Part shown: piece after piece, positions 1 through 11,800 of the stretch
Layout: each line of letters opens with the position of its first letter
Numbering within the stretch: the stretch's first letter is position 1
Origin: Tubiluchus corallicola
Taxonomy: Eukaryota > Animalia > Priapulida
NCBI GenBank assembly: GCA_030141605.1
Contig: JAQGDQ010000322.1
Coordinates: forward strand, 186,001-250,000
Direction of reading: 5' to 3'
Length of the DNA stretch: 64,000 nucleotides
Made by a program: the position numbers and the translations under genes
The notes under the pieces: generated by a model
Database searches by the model: none
The model's input: the letters and a program-made list of their open reading frames with translations, nothing else
What the model was told of the DNA's origin: nothing

Positions 1-19
1 TCTTGAATACCTCATACAA

Positions 20-150
20 ATCAGCTATTTCTCTTCTCAGGACGCAAAACAGCTGCATAACATAATCGCAGGCACCTGTCTTGAACTTTCTACAATCCCT
101 TGATGTCAAATTATAACGATGGTGACCATACTACACTAGATTATTCTACC
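20..150 (-). mobile_element. Decayed CR1/L2-type LINE ORF2 fragment
   Basis: Minus strand reads SSVVWSPSL*FDIKGL*KVQDRCLRL, resembling the CR1 post-RT motif (VWSP..KDI..LEKVQRR), with in-frame stops. Confidence 0.55.
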
Positions 151-774
151 AAATCCTCAGGCTTTTATTCGTTTCCTCTTTACTTTTTTGATGGTGCATC
201 ACAGGACCACAAAAATTCATTAACGCTTAATAAAAGCAACGTTTCTAAATAAAAAGTAATTAAACAATATACTGTAACTATACATACCATTGAATTTTTC
301 TTCAGCATCAAAATTACACACGCTCACACATTTCCCCACGAACCATTTGTGTGACGTCAATGGATAATTTGGATTTTGGAAAAGTGCAGGGAACAAAAAC
401 GATTACTGCGCCATCTGTGATGAATTTTAGTAATAAACTAATACGAATGTAATAGAACGACAAGCATTGGTCTGTGCTGATATCAATATAAAAAACAACG
501 AACTGTACAAATAAAAGTATTTCTAACAAATACAAAGCACCTAAAAAGGCGATATATAAGTTTTTCTATGAATCCTGAAGTTAGTGAGCTCCTTTATTAT
601 AAATGCCATGATAAAGAATTTTAACTCAAATTTTGATGTCACAATCAATCACATAGAAAAAATATCTTTTGTCACAATCATTTTTATCATTTTTAAAAGT
701 CAGTATTAGAGACACTTTCATGCAAGCACATTTTCATGTAACAAGCAAAAGCAATATAGAAGCTTACTACCAAA

Positions 775-2560
775 ATGGATATTCAACTGAGTGATGCGGT
801 CCACTACAGTCCAGAGGTTGATCCGCGGGAGTCACAGGAGCAAACAAACTTAATAGAAGCACAACAGCAGCAGCCAAATCCTCGAGTCCTTCAAATGTTT
901 GTTCCAGATTGTCCCATGTGTCAGCAAGAGTGCGAGACACTAGCAAGTTTGCCACAGTCATTGGAGTCCTGCGACGAATCGAGTGGAACAACGATATCAA
1001 CACCGCCATCTTATGAGCAATCCTTCAATGATGAAAATTCTGGTACATATATGTATGGACTTGCACAGCCTCAAATGACAGGCTATGCAAATCAACAGCA
1101 GGCAGTTAGTCTCTCCCAAAACCCATCAATTTATGTTACATCTTCGGGAATAATCGCCCTGTACTTCAACAGCAATATTGTAATTGAAATAACACTAGAC
1201 AACGTTATCAGAGTCATAAATAACAATAACGGATCGCTATGTGCCGTAAATCGGAATGCGCACCGTAGTGTTATTTGGCACCCAGGAGGAAAAATAGTGC
1301 AAGATGGTGTTAGGGTAGAAACAGAGGTTTGTGCATGTTTTATAAGTACTTTTTATGTTTGCTTGTAACTTAACTCTTCGTATTTTGGAAGTGTTTCGCT
1401 ACTGAAAAACTTCTGATGAAGTAAAGCACTGATTCAAGTCAAAAATTGATTCTTGAAATGTACAACCTATTACGGTCAAATTATGCTCAAGTTGGAGAAA
1501 TAAAATGAAATAAAATTTCGAAGTTAAATAAATCTCAAGTAATAAAAATACCAGAGACATAACATGGCAATATTTTCTACAATTTAATATACTGCAAGCC
1601 AGAATTCAACAATTGTTTGTGGCAAGACTAAAGCCTGGTTCATTATCAAAGACAAAGCCTCTAAAATCAGATACTAAACCGGCAGAAGTGTCTCGAATGT
1701 ACGAGATAAACAGACAGGATCAGCACGGTAACAAAACCGTTCTGAACCAGTATGCAGCCCAGCAGTCTCGCACCACTATCATGGCGCACGTGCACATAAC
1801 CACTCGGCCATGTAATATCCATTGATATCAATGAATTTTTGATCAGCACTTGACCTTGATATTTGCAATTGCTTACACACTTGGCAAGAATTGTAAAACC
1901 AAAACCATACATTCCACTATGCTGTATAATACAATTCTACAAACTATTATCCACAAATCAAGCCAGTAATAATGTACAAAATTATGGCATATGAACGTTT
2001 CTAATAGATAATGTTCTGATTCTTAGTTATTTGCTAACCAAAGAGCTCGATTCATACCCGAAGGTATTCAGTTTCTGCATCCGGCTTGCCAACATGCGTA
2101 TATTCTAGACGACAAGGGGATTCGACTGACGCAGCCAAGTTTTAGGAAAATATGCCGAGACTACTCCGTCGACTATCTGTACGAATCGAAAACTTTCGTG
2201 TACGAAGATTTAATAATGCAATGTCTGACAGCTGCGAATCAAGCCCACAAATACATACGCAGCGACGGAACGACTGTCATAATCCTTGGAGGTGTTAAAA
2301 TGCAGCACCGGATGAACGGAGACACACTTATTACCGCAAGAAGACGGAGGATCATCGTTTCGCCATCGATGAATCGCTTTGAAGTTAAAACGCCATTTGT
2401 ACAGATGTACGTTGACGGTCTATGGAACGTGCACGTTCAAAGAGGGGAGCGAAGTTTGGAACTTTCGCTCTACAGTGGATTTGGTATTAAAAATGGACAC
2501 ATTGTCACAGGCTTTGACAAAAAAGGCTCTCTCGTAGCACCACGCAAATATGATATGTAA
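775..2560 (+). CDS. Uncharacterised protein (~361 aa): Q/S/P-rich N-terminus and beta-rich C-terminal domain; 2 exons
   Basis: Exon 775-1326 (GAG|gtttgt) joins exon 2027-2560 (ttcttag|TTA) in phase 0, continuous with the 2198-2560 ORF. AATAAA follows at ~2716 and ~2745. I cannot name the family. Confidence 0.8.
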
Positions 2561-2607
2561 ATAATGTAAATAGTAACATATTTATAGATTTTAACTTGTG
2601 CAATTTT

Positions 2608-2672
2608 CTTGTGTGTGTGTGTGTGCGAGCGAGCGAGCGAGCGAGCGTGTGTGTGTATATATATATATATAA
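2608..2672. repeat. Compound microsatellite (TG)n(GCGA)n(TG)n(TA)n
   Basis: Seen directly. Confidence 0.9.
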
Positions 2673-2822
2673 AATGCATAAACACAAAACCTATGTACAA
2701 GAGCTTCATGAGGAAATAAAAATCCGCTTAAAAAACTAATTTGCAATAAATTTTACGTGCCATGTCACATATTATACAAATTTCTTCCAGCAAACAACTT
2801 TATAATGAAATAAAATGTTCGT

Positions 2823-5800
2823 TTATTCCGTCTCTACCTCAGTATGAGTCTGCAACGTGGATAACTCATATAAGCTAGCACGGGCTGCAGGCTTTGGTCC
2901 AGACGATCTGTTTAATGATCCCTTTGGCCGTCCTCTACGTTTCACTTTCTCCGGAGGAACCTCGACTGACAGCACATGTGGTTCTGTCTCGCCTACTGCT
3001 ACGTCCTTTGAGCTAGTACTGATTGAAAGTGTTACCGTCTTTTTTACAGAATCAACTTCTTCTTGCCTTTTTTTACCCGCTACACTTTTCTTTTTAACAG
3101 CTTTTTCTGACGCCTTATCTGAAATCTTCTCCGTCATAGAGATATTAGATTTGTCTCCAGCTTCTTCTTCGACATAAACTGGCATACTTAGATCCAAAGC
3201 CAAATCAGTCTCTTCAACTTCTTCTTCTTCATAAATATCATCTATCCAAGAATATAAAACTTACATGATCAACTCGAATCTATTAAATAAAATATCTAAC
3301 TAAACAGCAGACTTCCTGCTATATATTTTGCACAGTGAAAATTATAGACAAAGGTGAATTAACAGATTAACTAAACTAGCATGTATAGTTGTATATTGCA
3401 TAACATATAATCGAAGGCTCTTTGTACCATCTTACTCGAGACTGCAAAAAAACTGTTAAGCAAATTTGGCAATAAAACAAGGTGAATTAATACATACATG
3501 TCTAGGCAAATATAGACATTGTGTTTTGCAAGAATTTTCTTCACTGAAGTTGGAGTTACAATGAGCTTTAACTGTTTACTATCTTTTAAATCAAATGTGC
3601 ATTGTATCTATAAATGTAAAAACTCCTATAGAATGCAATAAATAAATAGAACAAATAATCTAAGTCATTAAATAACTAATTTATCTGTGCAAACTGTCAT
3701 TAATGTGTTTTTAAATCAGCAGTAACTTTACCGCTTGCGTACTACAAGGTAAAATATATGTTTTTTTATGGTGCAAATTTCAAAAAACATTTCAAAAACA
3801 GAAGCATTAAAATTGTCTTTGCATACTGAAGAAAGTTTTTCTTCCATCCCTAGTGACATCCTTTGAACTGATGAGGTAAGACAGAAACAAATTTTTTGTG
3901 GCCGTCATGATGACATAATTTCTCATTTGAAGTAAAAGCTGATATAAGAAACAGCAAAGCAAAAGTTTTTTCAATGTTTTCAAAAACACACCTTCTACAC
4001 CACTCTGTTTCTTTGCTGTCTTCTTTTTTTTCTTGTCCAGACAGCCATGACTCTCATCTCTACTTTGCATTTGAAGTTCATTTGTCCGTTTCTTCTTAGG
4101 AAGAGATTTCATGGCTTGTTTCTTAATATGCGTACGCCTCGGACCGACGCCATCACCATCAGGAACCTAGTACAAATGTGGAGAGTTTCACATGAAAATC
4201 TCCTTGTACATATTTTATTTTTAAATGTAGAACATCAGCTGTTTGTAAAAACCAAAGCCAAATAATTGCACAAGGTAAGTAAACAAATGAAAATGGCCGC
4301 TATCAAACTAGAAATAAGTAACGCTAAACTGTTCTCTAGTGCCACTTAATCAAAGTAGTGGTGCTTTCAAACTAGCAGGTTTTCTCACCAAGTAACTCAC
4401 AAGCGTGTTCAGACTAGAGAACAAAACGTGTTATTCTCCAACAGTAAGCGGGAGGTAACACTCTCTTCTCTGTTACCTGAGAAAAGTGTTGAGAATGACT
4501 CACGTTCACACTAGACAGTAAATCAACTCGCAGCAACTGTCGGAGAGTTTGCAATAAACTTTGCTATTCACAAAGCAGTTCACACTTTTGAGTTTGTTAT
4601 CGAAGAGAAAACTCGCAACACAAAACTTGCTAGTCTGAACGCGCCACAACAAACTGTTTTTGACAAAAACTTTGACGAAGCCAACGGCGGACTGCTGTAC
4701 CGTTTCTAGTGCTACGCTACAGCAAGCGGAAGTACATTTAATGCTCTTTTCTACAATGTTCGGAACTCTGCAAAATGGATACAGCACTCATGCTTGTGAC
4801 AAGACTGGAACTTAGCTAATTCTCTAAAATGAAGAATGAAATGACTGACGTGTGTCAGCCATAGTCAGCTCTTATCCTAACGCATTATGAAAGATTTTTC
4901 TCACACACTCATGTCTTCCGTTTAGCACAACATAATGGATATTACAGACAAATTATTCTTGCATTAACATGAATAAGTGTTTATTGTATGTTTCACTTGT
5001 GTGCAGAGGAATTTATCTACCAGTTGTATTACAGTGTCACAGTTAGATACAAATATTTATTAACAATGTCATAAGCAATGCTAAAAATTTACCTCTTCAT
5101 CTGTTAGCGCTTCTAACTCCTGTACATCCTCGTCAGAAACGTAAGCCGATTCACGATCTGACTTCTACAAATACAAAGAAAATAGTAATTAACTAGCAAA
5201 CGCCCCGGAAAAATTTTTGCGTAACAATCCACTTATAATCAGTAATGCGCGAACATCTTAGATAGTGTTCATTTATTTATCTAATGCAAAGCCGGCAGCA
5301 GCTTTTATTGAATTGCAGTGATAGACAGAGTACAATGGAATGACGTCAGAACAATAGCTTTGCGTCAGCAGTTTTCTAAGAAAGAATCGATCGCGCGAAG
5401 CGAACCTCCAAACAACTCGTCACGACTTAAATGTATCCCACGTCATCATGCAGCCCTGTTCCTGCTCTTCTTCAAGAGTCCCGCCAGGCGCAGCCAGAAC
5501 GTTTTTGCTACACGATGACCATAATTTTGAAAAAATTGGGAGTTGGGTCCGGGAAATCGCTCATTAAGGGTCGTTGTGGCTCTTCCACGAATGCTAACAA
5601 TGTCTACCACACTGGTTGAACAGGCTATCCAACCATTATCAGCATCACCACAGGTCTGTTCCTAATCTCTAGAAATAAGAGGTATAAGTTTTGCAAAAAA
5701 CGGGCACTTTTGAAAGTTTTTCGCTCCCCGTTCCTTCCGGCGGCCCCGATTCGAAAATATAAACCCTCGATGGAACACACTAGATCAAGACCTTTCATTT

Positions 5801-8800
5801 GATATATAGATTACCAAAAATGATGCCGTCGGTGCTGTAGCATTGTCGGTAATATATATATATATCGACCACCGAAATTAATATATTTACACAAATGGAA
5901 GCAGCTTTGCATCACGAAAACAAAAAAAAACACAAATAAAAATAATTATTATTTAGCAAGCTGTTAATCAAGCCTCTAATCAAATCACCAATAATCCTAA
6001 TACGTCATTCACTAATTAATGTAGCAAATAATGAAATTGACAACTGAGTCAGTAAACTGTACATCTGCAACACAATTTCATTCACTAGGTGGCAGTAGGT
6101 GTTAAACAATTCTATTCACTAGGTGGCAATAGGTGTTAAACAATTCTATTCACTAGGTGGCAGTAGGTGTTAAACAATTCTATTCACTAGGTGGCAGTAG
6201 GTGTTAAACAATTTTGCAACTCACAGATGAGCAGCAGTAAAGCACTGAAATACAAATTCAAAGACATCTAAGTAAATTGCAATTCTATGGAACATTTCAT
6301 TATGTAACCGTGAGTTATTTAGAAATTACATCATAATAAACGACTCAAGTTAGCAAATGTACTGAATAATGAAAGTCTACCTTTTTAAGAATCTCTTTCT
6401 TTCTTTCAAGATCCTCGACCAGCCTGCAATAAACAAATTTCTGTTGAAGAATTATATACAATAAAATAGTCAAATTTTGTCTATTCTCATATAGAAATAA
6501 TAATTGTCAACCAGACTATCTATAGATTTCAGTACAGCAGCTAGAATACTGCTTACCATGGCAATACATCCAGACATCCAGACAAGTAACTATTTGCGAA
6601 CATTTGGGTATTTCATCTAAAACTGGCAAAAAAATTAAAATTTTTTCCTCAATCCAGCATTAATGACCATATTTGTGCCTGTGGCCACAAAGCTGATTTA
6701 AATCATTTTGGCCTTGTGACCAGAGCTACAAATAACTGGAACTTATTAATAAAAGAAAGTTCATCTGTGTACCATAATAAGCATTTTCTTAATGTACAAA
6801 ACATTTCAATTCTAACTTCATTTTCTAGCACTTAGCTACTTGTTACTGTATCAATTTCTTTTCGACAGGTCTGCTTAATCCTTACCTATTTGGCTTTTGT
6901 AAATATATAATTAGCGCACAATTTACTGTATCAATTTCTTTACTGGTCTGCTTACTCATTACTATTTGACTTGTGTTTACTACTTAGCGGCATAATGTCC
7001 TATATAAACTATAATGTTATATAGGCTCTGCCTATATAAACTGATTGTACATTTGTAAAATTTACCTCTGATAATGACAACAGTAATCTGTCAAAACGTT
7101 TGACGTGATTTTTGACATTTTGACAATGTGAATTGGAAGTTTTAATAAAGTTGTGTTGTTTTGGCTACAATTGTCAACCACTAATAAAACAGATTTAGTC
7201 AACCGAGTAATGCCTTTTCCACGCCAACTATTGGAACTGAAATTTTCTCGTCCCAGCGTGGCAAATACCTATTCTACCAACAACTTGTTAATGAATTGCA
7301 TTAATTAGATAACTAACTATTCTTCTTACATTAGATTGAGAAAAAAACAATGTCTAACCAATGTTTTACGCATTGGTTAATGCATAACTAAATAAAGTCC
7401 ACGTAAAACATGTAGAGTTACTGAGCTGACATGGCAGACGGCTTTGCTTTCCCCAGATGTTACGTGACAGTTGTAGTTAAGATGCGTTGCTGTGGTACAC
7501 TTAATGTTTGGTCCACAGCAATTGCGCGTGCGCACAACAAAACTGTGAAAAGGCTTATGAGTACAACTATTACCTAGTACCTACATGTGTTTGCGTAGCT
7601 CCTATATTACTAACTGGAATGCATAACTGTTTGTAGTGCAGTACCTTTTATGTAATTGTACATGTTTGTTATATGGGGCTATATAGAAAACGCTTTATAT
7701 GAATGCATGAGAAGACACACATTTTCTGTCAAAGAGAACTTTTTAACACCAATCCAAAAATCTGGCACCCCTGGTTACAGCTTAGTTAGCCTATTGGTAA
7801 ATACGTCCCTGAGAACATCGTGAGGCACCTCTAGGAGACACCCAAAAAAAGTTCTGAAAGACACATCAGCTTGCTCATAAAAAACTCAGGATTGAAATTA
7901 TTGCTATGAAAGCAATTCTTGGTGACTCAAGTAGCAGTGAATCTGTCTGAGATGTGGAAATCCAAGGATCAAATCTTTAATGAGGAGTGATTTTTTTCCA
8001 ACTTTCACTCCATGCCAAGCCAAAGGGTTAAAATCGCCCTCCAGCATAGATATACCATTATAGGAGTACTTAGCATATATATATATGTTATTGTTCACTT
8101 GTCAATGTTCACTGCATTTCTCGCTTATGATCACTAATATACATAAAGATTACTCATCTAAAACATAATTTAAATGAATTAGGATATTATTATACGCAGC
8201 TCTTTGTTCCATTGTGCAGCTAACAAACTTATTAGAAAATCTGCTTATTGTACAAATGATGTAAACAAATAATTATTTAGCTCCTTCTATAACATGACCA
8301 CGTGGAGAAATTTTTTTGATTATAACCTACAAAAGTTAAAAATAGCACATAATATATCGAAGAGGAAGATCTTTAATTATGACTATAATGCTAGATCAAT
8401 GTGTGTACAACAAAATACATACGTAATACATAGAAAATGTGTGTATAGCTTGTTAACCCGTTTGAAAAGCAGTTCTAATGTAATTTGCATGCCGATGTTT
8501 AAAAGTGACATCCGTTTCACATCTCAAATTAGAAAATAATGACGAAACTTACTATATAGGCAATAACGTTTTTTTGGTAACACTGCGCACTAAAAAGTAA
8601 TCGTGATTTAGCTAACTGAAACTTTATACTAACACCAAGTCATTTAATTATTTATTTATGTATATAATTGTGTGTACTTGTAATAATATGAATAAAATTG
8701 TTTCAAATAAAGGTAAATCAGTCAATAAACTAGAATCAGAAAGTTGAATGGCATTAATGCATTACCTCTGCACTAAAGTTGAAATGTTCTGCTGTACGAC

Positions 8801-11800
8801 GTTCAGCGAACTATCAGGTTGTGTGACATCAGACTCATTAATCGCACACTTTGTACTTTGATACTGATTATGAATTGCTCGAAGTTGCTGCAAAAAATTT
8901 AATGAAGACAACTATATCAAAACGATTATCTATTAACATAAGACATTACTCAACAAGATTTAACGAATTTCGTATTAAATACTGCAGGACTGACGCGGCA
9001 AGGCACTTCATCATTACCACCGGCCCTAGACTTTGGAATAACATCAACGAATACATAAAAAATTCTTTATCTATAAATAACTTCAAAAGAAATTTCAAAA
9101 GTGAAATCTTTTCTAATTATACAGAATAAATCAATTTGATTAATTACACTGCTGTCCCTGTCGGAATCCATTGTGTTGCTGGCTATGTCAATTTGTACAT
9201 TTCTATAGTTCATGTTACTTCATACAGATACCATCACATCTTTCTCCTTCTTTCTATTCTCTATCAACCTTTCTTTCTACTCCTTTACTGCTCTTTTCTA
9301 CTACACTCAGTCCACATTCATTTGGGGTGCTCTGAACAAGTATTTACTTCTTGAGTACCCCACGGGTCATTTGCGGCTTGGCATCTTGTGTACATAATAA
9401 TAAATATGTTATTAAATACTTTTATGTACAATGCTGTAATGATGATTGTGGATTTATTTAATAAATAAATAAATAAATTTCAGACTATTAAATTACTCGA
9501 CGCAACTAGTAACATGTAAATATGCCATGTTTAGCTTTTTTTATTTTCCGTTGATAAATATTATTTCAATATTATTATTCATGAGGTAAAACAACAGCAG
9601 TAACAACAGCAACAGAAACAGCAACAGCAACAGTAAATAAATACAATTTGCAGCTAACACTGAAATGATATCGTCACATTAAATTAAATCATATTTTAGA
9701 TGCAAGTTATAGTATATGAGTTTTTTTGGGAACAGTTTTAATTTTAAAACCATTACTAGCTGTAACAATAGAATATATGTTTAATAAGAAAACAAAAGCT
9801 ATTTGTAGTAAGTCTTCGCTTAACGACTCTCCTGTTCAGTGACATTTTGCTTTAACGACGCTGAACATTTGACACCTTTTTTCCAATTAACGACGAACAT
9901 TTCATTTTAAAGACAATTTTTTTTACTTTGCTCAAAGCCAATTTTTATTTTATCAACAACTTTCTTACCTAATTTGCTGGATTAAAATAGCACTTACTGC
10001 ATTATTTTATAATGTAAACAGTGCAATTAATACAGGTGCATATGTTTTTGTTTCCCGACTCACTGCTAAATGCCAGCCGAGTAGTTGTTTGCATCAAGCG
10101 AGACCTGAGAGCAAATTTTACGTAAAGGAGCTTCGCCTGCAACCTGTTGCTATAGCCACCAGCGTAAGAAGAAATTCCAAAGTTTGCCCCTCAAATTACT
10201 TGCTCTGGCAGTCTCAGCTTCGTGTAATGACGTTTCGCTTAACGTCGCGTTTTGATGAAACGCATTAGCGTCGCTAAACAAGGACTTACTGTATTACCTT
10301 TGCCCTTCACTTGTTAAAGAGAACACGTTGGAGCAGGTAAGATAATCGACTAAAACCAAACAATACCTCAAAGTTATCTGTCTTCATCAGCTGCACAAGT
10401 TCACTCGTTTTCTCTTTCAAATGATCCGACACTCTCTCTATCTCTGACATGGCTTTTATAGCTATCGGCCCCATCTGAAAAAAGAAATGGATACAAAGTC
10501 GCGCTGTTAGTCATCTAAACGCTCATTACATTAATTTGTAAATTAGTGGTTACTCATCACCTACCTCGGTTGGCGTGGCAACGAAAGCAAACGCGTTACA
10601 TAATTTCAGTTTGAGGAATATGAAGCGAGCATCGTGATGATTCTGCGCCACAATGACATTGTAAAATTCTTCAAACTGCAGCCATTGAGACAATACCACT
10701 CTTATCTGAAGCAAAAAACAAAGTTACGTTACAGTAAACTAATCACTAAGATTTCCTTGTTTAATCATGGAGATTCTGACACAAATCATTCTGTTATTTA
10801 AAAGAAATGACAAGTAACTTGGCAAATAGGGGTTTATTTTAATGTTATCGCTTAATTGGTTGCATAAGAAAAATATAAGAAAAAAACTTGCAAAAACTGT
10901 CTATAAAGCATAAAGTTAATTTATACTACTGCTATATAGAAATTTTCAGGTGCAGTGGTTGCAGTAATTCACTTGAAAATCATGACGTAACTGGGACGCT
11001 GCTTGATTTTTCGTACGTGCATCATGATTTTTCGTAAGTGCATCGTGATTTTTCGTACGTGCATCGTGTTTTTCGTAAGTGCATCGTGATTTTTCGTACG
11101 TGCATCGTGATTTTTCGTAAATGCATCGTGATTTTTCGTAAGTGCATCGTAATTTTTCGTAAGAGCATCGTGATTTTTCGTACGTGCATCGTGTTTTTCG
11201 TAAGTGCATCGTAATTTTTCGTAAGTGCATCGTGATTTTTCGTATGTGCATCGTGTTTTTCGTAAGTGCATCAAGATTTTTTGTACGAGCATCGTGATTT
11301 TTCGTAAGTGCATCCTGATTTTTCGTACGTGCATAGTAATTTTTCGTAAGTGCATCGTGATTTTTCGTACGTGCATCGTGATTTTTCGTACATGCATTAC
11401 TTAAACTAATTCAGATTTCTGCAGCTTACCTAATGTTCGGGCAGAAACATTACACAATTAGCCATCCAATTTTTCGTAAAAACTTATTATACTTTTTATA
11501 GAAATTGGCAGTGCATTGTCTTTCTTCAGTCGACGAACGATGTCACTGAAGATGGGAGCATTCATGAAATGATCAAGAAAGTGACTTTCCTAATTACGTG
11601 AGGTGCTAATTACACTTTTATTACTACATTCTTTTAGCATTTTTTGCAAACAGTGAACAAACTCGGGAAGCCTCTCCTTTAAAAAAAGGCAGACAGATTC
11701 TGAAGTTTAACAGCAGAGAAATTGACTTATTCAACTCCTTCAGGACTGCACCATTCAAAATAGGTCATATAAGACCTATGACTTTTCTGCTACTGTATGA

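Noticed and set aside
5190-5890. Possible Helitron/Helentron-type insertion in a SNAPC1 intron
   Set aside because: Termini are suggestive only and there is no second copy in the window to confirm.
7066-7240. Possible extra SNAPC1 exon (minus-strand donor-like site at ~7065)
   Set aside because: Flanking exons join in phase without it and the translation shows no SNAPC1 similarity.
10946-11397. Repetitive minus-strand ORFs
   Set aside because: 20/21-bp tandem array inside a SNAPC1 intron.
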